Source: Octopus vulgaris
Lineage: Eukaryota
Length of the DNA stretch: 64,000 bases
NCBI GenBank assembly: GCA_951406725.2
Contig: OX597821.1
Span: 58,590,001-58,654,000 of the forward strand
Direction of reading: 5' to 3'
The notes below the pieces were generated by a model that made no database searches, had not been told where the DNA came from, and worked only from the letters and a program-made list of their open reading frames with translations. The position numbers were made by a program, and so were the translations under genes. Positions 25,701 to 38,500 of the stretch are shown in pieces; position 1 is the stretch's first letter; the number at the start of each line of letters is the position of its first letter.

Positions 25701-27284
25701 CTTTTTAATAAATGAATATTGTGTAGGTGGATGGGAATGCTGATGTTTTGAATAATAATGCTTTCTTGAAGTGAGAAATTTCAAAGTGTATAAAATAGTA
25801 CTAAGCAAAACAGAAGCTTGAAGGATATGGGAGAGAGGGAGTGAGAAGGTTCATGTGTGGCTTTGTGGTTAAGAGGTTTGCTTCCCAACCACATGGTTTC
25901 AGGTTCAGTCCTACTGCATAGCACTTTAGGATAGTGTTGTCTGCTATAGTTTTTGGCCAACCAAAGATTTGTGGGTAAATCTGGTAGATAGAAACTAAAA
26001 GAAGCACATCATGTGTGTGTGTGTGGGTTTGTCCTGCACCACCACTTGACAACTGATGCTGCTTTAGAAAATTACTATTTTTAAATCTCTTTGTTTACAT
26101 CCCTGTGACTTAGCAGTTCAGCAAAAGAGACCAATAGAATAAATACAAGACTTAAAAATAAGTACTGGTACTGATGTGTTCCACTAAACCCTTCAAGGTA
26201 GTGCCCCAGCATGGTCACAGCTATGAAATCCACTCACAAGGCTTTAGTTGGGCCACAGCTATAGCATCAGGCTTAATATAATTTAAACAGTCAGTTAGGG
26301 GCTAACTTACTAACTTCATATTCAAGTCTCTCTTCAGCTTATCATCATTCCGATTGCTATCTTTGTTTTAATGTCCACATTTCCACGTTTGCATGTCTTG
26401 GCCGGAATTTTATTTAGGCAAATTTTCTATGACTGGATGCCCTTCCTGTTGCTAGTGACACCTGTTGCCAGTGACATCTCTCTTGTATTAACACAAACTA
26501 CAATGACAAACTAAGACTACTGTATTTTCTGGCATACAAATCAACATAGTATATAATGTTAACATGTAGTGTAAACATTCAAACATCGTCACTATCTTTC
26601 CAAATCCTTCTGCATTTCCCATGGAATTTTTGGTTCTCCAAAGTCGTCTGGGTGCATAAGTCAACCTACATCTCTTGGCTACAAATTTTAACCTTAAAAA
26701 AATTTGACTTTTATATTGGAAAATACAGCAAGCGATGATCTTACTGCTGTAGTTGCTTAAGTTATATTGAGTTTCCTGTGACTTAAGTAATTTTAGAACT
26801 TGAATCTTCAGTTACGAGAGTGAGAGAGAGAAATAGAATGAGAGAAACACATGTACACAACAAAAGTCTCTTTGACAACATTCCGTGGATTTGGTCATCA
26901 AGAACAGAGACAAGATCTCACAAAGCTCCCATTAAAAACACCGAGCACGTGGCTTAAAATATTGCGTGCTTTTCTTTTTTTAAATAAAAATTCTTTCCTA
27001 TGACTAACTTAACAGTTTATTAATTTGTATAAATTTACTCTAAACTATTTGTTGTTGATTTTTATTTTTTCTGATTCATTTCTATAAACATTGAAAATGT
27101 AAATATCACAAAATATTCTCTTTATTTTATTTATGACAAAGCATCATCACAATTCTATTTTGAATCTGTTACATTCTATTGCCATGTGTTGTATTATTGT
27201 ATTGCTTCATTCATTGAATTCAAGATCTCTCAATTCACCATAACATTCTATGTATGACTGAATGTGTGTATATTTACAAGCACA

Positions 27285-27319
<35 letters not shown>

Positions 27320-27491
27320 TTGCATGTAAGTGTTTGTATGTGCTTAATTTGTATCCCTCACAAACATCACTCCTCACACAGACATAGACCTCGGAGTAAC
27401 GGAGCCCTCACATTAAAACAATGTCGTCAACTTTATAGAGTTAGCACCAATAATATATTCAGTGCATAGCCTCAAGGAGTATGTTTGTACT

Positions 27492-27568
27492 ATGAATGTC
27501 AGTTACCCTGACGTCTGTCACAGACTCAGCCAGTCTCTCAACTGCAGTTTCTGTTGCCAATTAATGCG
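27492..27568 (+). CDS. ALS2: Candidate alternative first coding exon of ALS2 (MNVSYPDVCHRLSQSLNCSFCCQLMR)
   Basis: ATG-started 77 nt open frame ending CG|GTAAAT (phase 2), compatible with the 32861 acceptor; lies in a repeat-poor island. No transcript evidence. Confidence 0.4.
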
Positions 27569-27976
27569 GTAAATATACTTGATACTGTATTTTTTCAGGA
27601 CTTTTAAAAATTTTATCTAATCGCAAATGCTCGATAACAGACAGTATTATTTTTCAAAACCCTATCTCGCAAAAGCACTCAGGTTCAAATCTGCTCTCTC
27701 TTTTAGATACACACATGCCATCACTATCATCATCATTTTAATGTCCACTTTTCGATGCTTGCATGGGTCAGATGGAATTTGTTGAGGCAGATTTTCTAGC
27801 CCTTCCTGTTACCACCCTTCATCTGTCTCCAAGCGAGGTAATATTTCCCCATGGACAGACATGTTTTACTTGGAATCTTGGAAATGAAGGGTACCACTTA
27901 AATGACAGTGGCACTCATTTACAACAATTATACCAGGTCAAGACAAAGATGCTAACTCAACACACACAAACACATG

Positions 27977-28027
<51 letters not shown>

Positions 28028-29329
28028 GCGTGCACACACAGATGCACACACACGTGATGAGCTTCTTTTAGTTTCCATCTATGAAAACCATTCACAAAGC
28101 TTTAGTTGGGTCAGAGCTATGGCAGAAGACATTTGTCCAAAGTGCTGCATGGGGGAAATGAACCTGGAAACAAGTGGTTGGGAAGCAAGCTTCTTAATCA
28201 CACAGTTACACCTGCACCTATTACTCACACTTGCATACACACATATGCATATATATATATATAATGCGGTCAATGCCAGTGCTGCCTGACTGGCTCCTAT
28301 GCTGGTGGCATATAAAAAGCACTATTCAAGCGTGACAGATGCCAGTGCCACCTGACTGGCATGTAAAAAGCATCATTTGAGCGTGGTCGATGCCAGTGCT
28401 GTCTGACTGGCTTTTATGCCAGTGGCACGTAAAAAGCACCCACTACACTCTTGGAGTGGATGATGTTAGGAAGGGCATCCAACTGTAGAAACTTTGCCAA
28501 ATCAGATTGTTGCATGGTACAGCCTCCTGGCTTGCCAGTCCCCAGTCAAACTGTCCAACCCATGCCTGCATGGAAAGTGGAGCAGATGTTAAATGATGTT
28601 AATGATGATGATGATATATTTATATATATATATGCATGAGGGCTTGGAAATTTCTTGTTTGATACGTAGGTGTGTATTTAGCCTGTCAGGGTGGGTTACA
28701 CTCTAGTCTGTGGTGAAGGCAACTAACCCAGAAGATTGAGAACTCTAACAGAAGTATGTTATTCATTAAGTTTGTGACAAACATTGACACCAACTTTCTG
28801 CTATTGGCGTTTCCAAATGTTAGTGGCTATAATATTGGCTGTTAGACCCTCATGAGAATCAGGAGAATAAGAGAACATTCAAATCTGCACATGCACTGAC
28901 TTCAAATACTGTACACATTCACACAAACATGTACAAATACCCTGTTGATGTTGTTGAAAATTCCAATGAAGGAGCCTTAAATCTAGGTTAGAAACCTGCT
29001 CTTTATTGGCAAGAAATCTTGAAATAAAACTGAATAACATACATACATACATACACACATACATACACACGTACATGTACATACATATATATATACATAC
29101 TTACTACTATCAGTTGTGTCCTCAAAAATAGAAAACATACATTGATTACAGTAAAATTGTGTATTTTAGGTCAAACCAGTAACTATTTTCATGCTTATGG
29201 GAAAACATCTAATAATATGAATATTTTATGTAATGTCTGTCATATTACTTAATATGCATTTTCAGTTCTCATTATCTCTTTCTGTATTATCTTGTTTTTT
29301 ACTTTAAATTAATAGCAATCGTTTTATTC

Positions 29330-29860
29330 CATTTCATCTGCTTCACTTGGCTTAACTGCTGATGTAATGACATTACATTATAATTAGACAACCAGGTCAG
29401 GTATACTTTTAAGCAATCTTCAGTGAATTCACTACCTCTTCCATCTGATATGAACTGAACATTCAATTTTTTTAATTCTGAGAAACTAAGATTCTGAATC
29501 ATAACTCTGAGCACCTTTTCAAACTCCACCTGTCTAACATCCATGAACATGTTTACAAAGTCAGAAAAGAGCACATCTTCCATGACTTTCGGAAGAATTT
29601 TTTCATGCTAAGAGTTGCTGAAGTATGGAACAAACTGCCAGCATCAGTTGTTAGTTGTCGGAGCACTGCATCCTTCAAAACTTCCATGCTTCTTGAGATT
29701 TGCCTACACTACACCTGATTTTTCTCCTCTCCATACACACGCAAGCATGTATCTGACTCATACACTGTTCACTTTCCAGACTATTGTACATTACTGTATA
29801 TGCTATTTATACACTTTTGACAAGTTGTGGTGCACCTGAACACTGTATACATTAATTTCA
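29330..29860 (+). mobile_element. Degraded CR1-type LINE 3' end
   Basis: Translates, with a frameshift, to RKNFF..LRVAEVWNKLPASVVSCRSTASFK, typical of CR1 ORF2 C-termini. Related fragment at about 48640-48800. Confidence 0.65.
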
Positions 29861-30529
29861 TTATATTATATTATATTTTAAAATTTCTAATTAGAAGTTT
29901 TTTACTTGACACAATCCCCATCCACTGAGTCAAACACCTTATGGAGGTTGATGTATTAGGTTGCAAGCAGCCCATGCTGAAAGCTCTGCTTGCATTCAAT
30001 GAGTACACAAAGAGCCAGGATCCTGTCAGTAGTTGAACTCTTTGGCATGAACCCTTGAGATGTGTCCTGTTACCTGTATGATTCAAGAGTGCCAGCTCAG
30101 ACTGTTTGACCATGTTGCTTGATTTCATGAGTTAGACCCTGTTTACCATGTTGTCTTCACTGAGGATTTGGCTGAGTTAATGGCTCATCTTGGTTGACTA
30201 CATGTTACATGGTCACAGTAGATGAGGAGGTATCTTGCAGAAATGAGGACTGGTTGAGACTTTGCTTGATGGGTCACCCGGGAGGATCCAGGGATATACT
30301 GACAAAGGGTGAATGCAGTAACATGCTGCAATGGTACATACCCCCTACACCTGACCCAACCTGTCTGTACACAATAATCTACAATATAAATTGGACATGG
30401 GCGATTGTTGTATTCTTTCTTGTCTTGAGGTTCACAGCCAAACGGCTGGCTGGATTCGCTTAAAAAATGGCACACATGTGGAGACGGGTGCATAGATTGG
30501 AATGCAGTTTGTATTTTTTTCCTGGCCCC

Positions 30530-30757
30530 CATGAAGTCCTCTGAACTTTCCAGAAAGTCCCAAATCCTTGGAACTTTCCAGGAAATCATCGGAAGTATCC
30601 AGGAAGTCCCATCCTCGGCAGTTCCGAGGATTTGGGTACTTCCTGGGGGAACTTTCCAGGAAATGCTCGGAACTTTCTAGGAAGCCCCAAATCCTTGGAA
30701 CTTTCCAGGAGATCCTCAGAAGTTTCCAGGAAGTCCTCAGAACTTTCCAGGAAGACC
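30530..30757 (+). repeat. ~21 bp-unit minisatellite (consensus about GGAACTTTCCAGGAAGTCCTC)
   Basis: About ten degenerate GAACTTTCCAGGAA cores in tandem, directly joined to the 3' half of a family A SINE. Confidence 0.85.
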
Positions 30758-32534
30758 CATGTGTGTGTGTCTGTGTTTGTTCCCCAACATCGCTTGACAA
30801 CCGATGCTGGTGTGTTTACGTTCGGCAAGAGAGACTGATAGAATAAGTACTAGGCTAACAAAGAATAAGTCCTAGGGTCGGTTTGCTCAACTAAAGGCAG
30901 TGCTCCAGCATGGCTACAGTCAAATGACTGAAACAAATAAAAGAAGAAAAGAATATATATATAGGCATGGCTGTGTTGTTAAGAAGCTTGCTTTGCACCC
31001 ATGTGAATTTGGGTTCGGCCCCACTGCATGGTACCTTGAGCAAGTGTTTTTGACGATAGCCCTGGGCCAACAAATGTTGTGTGAGTGAATTTGGTTGACT
31101 GTAACTACAAGAAACCCATTGGTAAATGATGACGATAATGTTGATATTAACTCTTCATCATCATCATCATCGTTTAACATCCGCTTTCTATGTGGGTTGG
31201 ATGATTTGACTTGAGGACTGGCGAACCAGATGGCTGCACCAGACTCCAATCTGATCTGGCAGAGTTTCTACAGCTGGATGCCCTTCCTAACGCCAACCAC
31301 TCCGAGAGTGTAGCTACTAATTTCAATTATTAATTAATTTTTCAAACATTAAAGCAAGAGACCATTAAGCAGGGTGTTGCTATCATCATCATCATCATGT
31401 CTGCTTTTTCCATGCCACAATGGAAAAAAGATTTGAGGTACTGTTGTTCAGCTGGACATCCTTCCTGATGCCAACCATTTCATGTTTTCAGTTAAATACT
31501 TTGTTTCAATGGCTTTCAGATGTTTTTACTTATGGGGGACATAAGTGACATCTCTGTCATCTCTGTCTAAGCAGCCTCAATGAAAAGACACACCCACACA
31601 CACTCTCTCTCTTTCTCTCTCACTTTTGAAGCCACACAGCCATGCTTGTTGTCCAACATATAATGATTCATCATTTAACATTCACTTTTCCATGCTTGCG
31701 TGAGTCAGATGAGAATTGTTTGGGTGGATTTTCTATGACTAATCCTCACTTGCCAACCCTCAATTGTTTCCAAGCAAACTTGTATTTCCTATGGCCAGAC
31801 ATGTTTTCACAGAAGACAGAAAACAATCATTACATGCGCGACAATAATGCTCATTTACAACCACTATGTCAAGACAAGGGTACACACACACACACACATG
31901 CTCACACACACACACACACACACGTATGTATATTGAACTGAATTCTTTCATGTTTTGCTCTACCATGCAAAGGGCTTTGGTCCATCTGGGGCTATAGCGG
32001 AAGACAGCTTCCCAAGTTGCTGTCCTGTAGAACTGAACCCAAGTCCTCGTGTATGGGAAGCAAGTGCCTTAATCACACACCCATGCTTGTATCTAAATGT
32101 GGGTGTATATATTTATGTGTGAGTGTGTGTGAATGTGGCCAGACCCCCTTAGAGTGTGTGAATTTAAGGGCCAAAACACTTGCCTGAGGGGAGTTGCTTC
32201 TCTGAAGACTTTCTGCTGTTCAGCTGTCTTGAGAGTGAGAGTTTCTTATCACTATGTGTGTGTGTGTATATATATATAAATGTATGTATATTTTTTTAAA
32301 GTGTACAAATAAGGAAAAAAATAAATAGTTACCAGGGTAGCAAAAATTCACATATATAATTAAAAAGTAATGCCATAATACATTATGGAGGATATATCAT
32401 AAACAATAATTAATTTATGAATATATCGATGGCCAAACATGTTATCATAAAATATATAGAAGAAAAACGTTTATAATTTTGAACAAGTCACAATTATAAC
32501 TAAGAGAGTTTTAAAAACCCTTACACGTTTTATA

Positions 32535-32753
32535 TATGAGGGGGTGCTGAAAAGTTCCTGGCTTTGGGTGAAAGAAAATACAGGAGAGTCAGTTAATTAT
32601 GATTTTACGCATTGTACTCCCCTTTCAGATTCACACATTCATTGCAAGGGTATTTCAGTTTTCCTATGCCCTGTAAAAGAACTTGGAATGTTGGGCCTCC
32701 AACCAGGCTTTTCACAACACCCTTAAAGCCAAGAACTTTTCAGCAACCACTCA
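32535..32753. mobile_element. Mariner-like MITE (second copy)
   Basis: TIRs GAGGGGGTGCTGAAAAGTTCCTGGCTTT and AAAGCCAAGAACTTTTCAGCAACCACTC; interior homologous to 19178..19402. Confidence 0.75.
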
Positions 32754-32860
32754 CTTGTTTATATGTTTGTGTGTGCATATGTGTGCGTGTTTGTATGTAT
32801 TTGCATGTATGCATTCATATCTATAGTCTATCATTATCCTTTTCTTTTTTCTTTTTACAG

Positions 32861-33105
32861 TGAGGAAGAAAAGGATGGAATTGTTTGTCTGTGGGAAGGA
32901 TACTATGGAGACATACGACTGCAAACATTCGACATATTTTCCAACAAGGTCATCAAGAGAGTATCCCTTGGTTTTGACCATAGTCTTTTCATCAGCCAAG
33001 AAGCTGAGGTGTTTGCTTTGGGCAGTAATAGCCATTGTCAATTGGGACTCAATGGGTTGACAAAAACCTCAATCACTACCCCACAAATATTGGAAATATT
33101 CAATG
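32861..33105 (+). CDS. ALS2: ALS2 coding exon, first RCC1-like blades
   Basis: Pyrimidine tract TTTTTACAG acceptor and G|GTGAGT donor (phase 1). Encodes RVSLGFDHSLFISQEAEVFALGSNSHCQLG, an RCC1 repeat. Confidence 0.93.
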
Positions 33106-33408
33106 GTGAGTAATTATTTTTACAGGCGTTTATGTATTGATTTCATATCCAGGCACAATAAGCTACAGATTTATTCGGAAGAAGGAATCGGATGTGTGTC
33201 ATTCATGCCTTTCTTGGCAGTGTTAGTGCTATTACATGAGCACATGGCACGGCTCTGTGGTTAAGAACTTTGCTTTGTAAACATCAGCCAAGTGGTTTCA
33301 TGTTTGGTGCACAAGTGCTGTAGGTGTGTGTCTTTTACCACATCTTTGGGTTGACCAGCATATTCTGAGTGAAACAGATGGAAACTGTGTGGAAACCTCT
33401 CATATATA

Positions 33409-33747
33409 CACAGACATCTCAAAAGTAGACAGACACCACCATTTTTGAAAGGTCTATTTCTAGAAATAAAATAATGTCATTTAATACATTTAAGTACTTA
33501 ATCTAGTATTTAATAGACATGCCTTGTGTAGTTTTTTTATGTGTCTGCACTGTATGTGTGTGTGTGTGTGCGCATGTGAGTGTGGCCAAGCCCCCTTAGA
33601 GTGTGAGAATTTAAGGGCCAAAACACTTGCCTGAACGAGTTGCTTTTCTAAAGACCTTCTGCTGTTCAGCTGTCTTGAGAGTTTCTTATCACTTATCTGT
33701 CTGCACTGTATAATGAGGGACATCTATTTACTTTTGAGATGTCTGTG
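33409..33747. mobile_element. Tc1/mariner-type MITE with TA target duplication
   Basis: TA|CACAGACATCTCAAAAGTA ... TACTTTTGAGATGTCTGTG|TA. Part of the interior is also present at about 32125-32260. Confidence 0.8.
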
Positions 33748-33914
33748 TATATTGTTGAGCAATATATTCCTCATTATGGCATAATGTTACCAATGGTTTC
33801 ACTCCATCTATTGCATTTGGCAATACTGACAATTTCTCTCACATGCTGACCAGAAGCACATGGCCTCTTTTGTGTTGAAGGTAAATATACAGCCCTGGTT
33901 CACATGAACTAGAA

Positions 33915-34084
33915 CAGTGGTTCCCAACTTGGGGTCCCGCAAAGGTAGTACTGGGGGTCTGTGAACTAAATTCAAAATTTCATTCACATATATATATATA
34001 AGGATAGGCATATTAAAAGGAGTCCATGGGAGAACACATTTAAATAAAAGGGTTGGAAACCACTGAAAAGGTTGGGAACCGCTG
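33915..34084. mobile_element. hAT (Charlie-like) MITE
   Basis: TIRs CAGTGGTTCCCAAC and GTTGGGAACCGCTG; 8 bp flanks AACTAGAA and AACCAGAA (TSD with one mismatch). Confidence 0.78.
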
Positions 34085-34785
34085 AACCAGAATAAAAAAG
34101 TGGTGAACACTTAGGATATTTTCTGGGAGGGAAAGAAAAGCCGTCTCTCATGGAATGATATCAGCTGTGACTGAAGAGTTTCAGGTGTGCATGTGTACTT
34201 TTTTGGGTTTTTTTCTCTTTTCTTAAAAAGGAGACAACTAAATTGCCAAAAGGAATTTTCTTTCAGGAGGACAGCAGTGAAATATTTCGCTTAAAAAAAA
34301 AATTATGTGGGTATGCACTTGCACACATACACATGAACACATACAAACACACTATGTTGTTTAGGAAAGCATAACAAATAATATGCATATAATAAATTAA
34401 TTTGTGGAGGCGCGTGGCTTAGTGGTTAGGGTGTTAGCACCATGATTGTAAGATTGTGGTTTTGATTCCTGGACCGGGCGACATGTTGTGTTCTTGAGCA
34501 AAACACTTCGCTTCATTTTGCTCCAGTCCACTCAGCTGGCAAAAATGAGTAACACTGCAATGGACTGGTGTCCCATCCAGCTGGGGAACACATACACCAT
34601 AGAAACTGGGAAACCGGGCCCATGAGCCTGGCTAGGCTTTAAAAGGGCGCATTTATATATTTATTTATAATAAATTAATTTACCATGACCTCTTGTAAAA
34701 ACGTCTGTGTTAAATGTCTTTAAAAACACATTTAATCAGACTGGATATCCTTGTGTAACGTAATTTATTGTATTTTCTGTTTCAG

Positions 34786-36564
34786 GAAAGGAGATAACAG
34801 AAGTGGCATGTGGAAAACAGTACAGTGCTGCTGTGTCTTCCTCTGGAGATGTTTTTACTTGGGGTGATTCCACAAAAGACCAGTGTGGTTTGGGACGTTC
34901 TGAGATAATTTCTAACCCTGAGCAAGTCACATTTCGTTTGACAGAAGATAAATGTAAACATGGGATTCCAATGCCTGAAGAAAAGATCCTGATACGTCAG
35001 GTAGCCTGTGGTGAGACCCACACATTGGCTATTTCCTGCAGGGGTGAGTTATGGGTCTGGGGTAGTGGAATGGGACTTGGATTAGGAGAACAAACAACTT
35101 CTCCTGTACCAGAAAGAGTGGAAGATCTTTTAGAATACAATGTACTTGATGTCTCATGTGGTCTGTCACATAGTATAGCTTTGGTTGAAAAACAAGGAGC
35201 CATTGGTACACCTAAAAAGATGAGTTCTGATATGAGATTCCACAAGTATTATCCTCCAACATGTGCCAAGTGTAACCAAGAGATCTATAGCTACATTGAA
35301 ACTAATGATTTGTGTATTATAAGTGATGAACACACTTGCTGTAAGAAACCTGACAACAAAGCACCGATAACGAGATCTGAATCTTTAAAGAATGAGTCAT
35401 TATCAAACTCTGCCCCATGTCTAACAAAAGAAACAGACAGCAGTTCTGCCTATGAATCCTCTCAACTGACATCAGAATCAACTGAACCTTCTGAAATAAA
35501 TTCTAGCAATGGAATTACAGGTGGCAAAAGTCAATCTTGTAGCAATATTAATAAACCTTTTGTTTCTTCACAAGAACCTGAAGAAAAACATACTACAGAT
35601 TTGAAAACTGGAGAAAATCAGTCCCAAAATGGGCAAATTGTGAACTTAACTACAAAAGATGAAGTCATCCAAACTTCACAATCTGAAGAGAAAAGTGCTT
35701 GTGAGACAAAGGCTGCTGATAGTTCTTGTCCTACAAATTCTGTAGCAGAATGTGATAATAAATTAAAACCTCGACTAACAAATGATGCGATTCAAGCAAC
35801 TCTGGACAATAACATGGAAAGCGAAGCAAATGGAAATACAATTCCAAACACTGCTAATTCTGAAGAATTTCAAGAACATTCTAAGGAAAATAATTCAGTT
35901 CAGAAAATCGTTGATTCTTCAGACAACTCAGAGACTCCTGTGAAAAATTCCGTTGACTCTAAAGGGGATTTGGCTGATGATGCAGATTGCAATAATAGTC
36001 ACAGTTCACAACCTTCAACAACTGTTAGTATGGAAAATATAGTTCAAAAATCTCATATTTTGGATGAAGATGAAGCTCGGGAGTTCCTCGCCAAACAACT
36101 CTGCAACCGAGAAGATTCTGATACAGATTTGGGTTGTCAACATCCTATTAAAAGTCGGTTGGAAAACTTACTTATTTCAGTTCCAGAAACTTCTGTGGCT
36201 GTCGTTCAACAGGTCACTGATTTAACCCATCGGGCAATCAGCACATTCCGATCATCAGTTGGCAGCATGGCAGATTCCTTTGGTTTTGTCTCTGGTCAGG
36301 GTATAGAATTAGATGGTCTTTCAAAGTCTAGCAGCATTGATTCCAATTTACAGTCAGACACTGACTCGCCAAACTTATCCCGTCGTGACTCTGTCTTTAC
36401 ATATGATACTTCAGTAAGTGAGGATTTGTGGAGAAGAAGATCTGGCAGTACCGATGATATTCTTTTGAGTGAGAGGTCCGATTCACATTCTTCCCTCAGA
36501 GCCCTTTGGAGACGATCCAAGAGGCTTGAAAAAGACCGACAGACACATAAAAAAGATGAGAAAA
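34786..36564 (+). CDS. ALS2: ALS2 large coding exon (1779 nt): RCC1 repeats plus long low-complexity insert
   Basis: TTTCAG acceptor and A|GTAAGT donor (phase 1). Encodes VACGKQYSAAVSSSGDVFTWG, VACGETHTLAISCRGELWVWG and VSCGLSHSIAL, then CAKC...IISDEHTCC as in alsin and a Ser/Glu/Asn-rich insert. Confidence 0.95.
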
Positions 36565-36753
36565 GTAAGTCAGAGTTTTACTGTCACTTGTTTCTTAGAA
36601 TTTTTCCTGTTTTTTTCACTTATGATTTAGTCAAATCTCCATTCTTTTTCTTTCTCCTTTATACAGTAATCCCTTGCCATATTGCGGTTCATTATTTAAG
36701 CTTACACCCCCATTGTATCTTTTTATCTTATTTAAAGCAGATACATTTTTAAA

Positions 36754-37234
36754 CAGGGATGGGGAAACTTTTTAGTGTGTTGGGCAAAAATTTCCTAAGC
36801 AAAAGAGTTCTAACTCTTATATCTGCGTAAATCTTGTATATATCTATGTATGATTTGATATACATTAATAAAGATAGGTTTAACACAGTAAATTAATGTG
36901 TAATATCTTCATTTACGCCATCACTGAATTTAGGACGCTTATATCACTTATGAGGTATTCTATATTTTTCAGCTAGAGTGTAGTTGGGTCTCAAGGGGGT
37001 GGTACAAACCTAGCAATATGTGTTTTCTGCTGAAAACAAAATTTCCATTCAAATGGCAATTACTGGATGATTTCTGACCATTTTAAATTGTAGTGGAAAC
37101 GCAACCTATGTCACAAATAGGTATACGAATATTGTATAAATTTTGATTGAAAAATTTACTATATTTTGTACATATGAGTATATCAGCCTGTGGACACAAT
37201 AAAATGGGCTTGCAGGCGCAATTCCCCACCCCTG
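36754..37234. mobile_element. hAT-like MITE
   Basis: TIRs CAGGGATGGGGAA and TTCCCCACCCCTG; 8 bp flanks TTTTTAAA and TTTTAAAA. Confidence 0.7.
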
Positions 37235-38073
37235 TTTTAAAAGAAAGCCACTTATAGGTGTAAGCTTAGCTGTGTGGTAAGAAGTTCGCTTCCCAATCAC
37301 ATGGTTCCAATTTCAGTCTCAGCATGGCACCTTGGGTAAGCGTCTTTTACTAAAGCCTTGGGTTGACGGAAACCTTGTATGTGGATTTAGCAAATGGAAA
37401 CTGAAAGATGTTCACACGTGTGTGTTTGTGTTTGTCTCCACCACCACCACTTGACAACTGGTGTTGATGTATTTACATCCCCGTAACTTAGCAGTCCAGC
37501 AAAAGAGACTGATAGAATACCAACTAGACTTTAAAAAAAAATGTACTGGAGTCAATTCATTTAACTAAAATTCTTCAAGGCAGTGCCCCAGCATGGCCAC
37601 AGTCTTATAACTGAAACAAGCAAGAGATGACTTGTTTTAGTTTCTGTTGTTAGCCTCTGTTGACTTACCACATGATTTGCCATGTAGTTTCTGTGCATTA
37701 CAAACATGTATTTTCATCCCTGAATTTAGAATTTCCTTAATTTTTGTCATACTTGTATGATTTGGGAGTTCCAGCTCAGATTATTTGGTCATGTTGCTTG
37801 ATTTTCTGAGTTAGACCCTGCTTACCATGTTCTCTTCATTGAGGATCCAACTGGGTTGTCGGCTCATGTTGGTCAACCACATGCCACATGTTTATGGCAG
37901 ATGAGGAGGGATCTCACAGCGATGGGGACTGACTAGGATTTTGCTCAATGGGCCGCTCCGAGTGAAGGGGAGAGAGATAGTGACATTACACATACAATGT
38001 GTTGATGCACACACATAAATAGAGAAAGAAGCAGGGTGAGAGAGAGAGAGAGAGAGAGATTACACATGCATAT

Positions 38074-38235
38074 AGGTGCAGGAGTGGCTGTGTGGTAAGT
38101 AGCTTACTTACAAATCACATGGTTCCAGGTTCAGTTCCACTGCGTGGAACCTTGGGCAAGTGTCTTCTGCTATAGCCTTGGGCCAACTAAAGCCTTGCGA
38201 GGTGATTTGGTAGATGGAAACTGAAAGAAGCTCAT

Positions 38236-38266
<31 letters not shown>

Positions 38267-38500
38267 GTTTGTGTGTGTATATATTTATATTTGTGTGCCT
38301 GCGTTTGCCCCCTAACATCATTTGACAACCAATGCTGGTGCGTTTATGTCCCTGTAACTTAGCAGTTCGGTGAAAGAGACCGGTAGAATAAGTACTAGGC
38401 TTACAACGAATAAGTTCTGGGGTTGATTTGCTCGACTAAAGGTGGTGCGCCAGCATGGCTGCAGTCAAATGACTGAAGCAAGTAAAAGAATAAAAGAATA
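38074..38500 (+). mobile_element. tRNA-derived SINE family A, full length
   Basis: Colinear homology to 1419..1857. Confidence 0.85.

Noticed and set aside
28955-29015. Hammerhead-like CCAATGAAGGAGCCT...AGGTTAGAAACC...ATTGG
   Set aside because: The core does not fit CUGANGA or a 3:8 covariant and the stem geometry is off; probably a retroelement tail but unsupported as a ribozyme.
29299-29583. 94 aa minus-strand ORF that looks protein-like
   Set aside because: It is the antisense frame of the degraded CR1 fragment.
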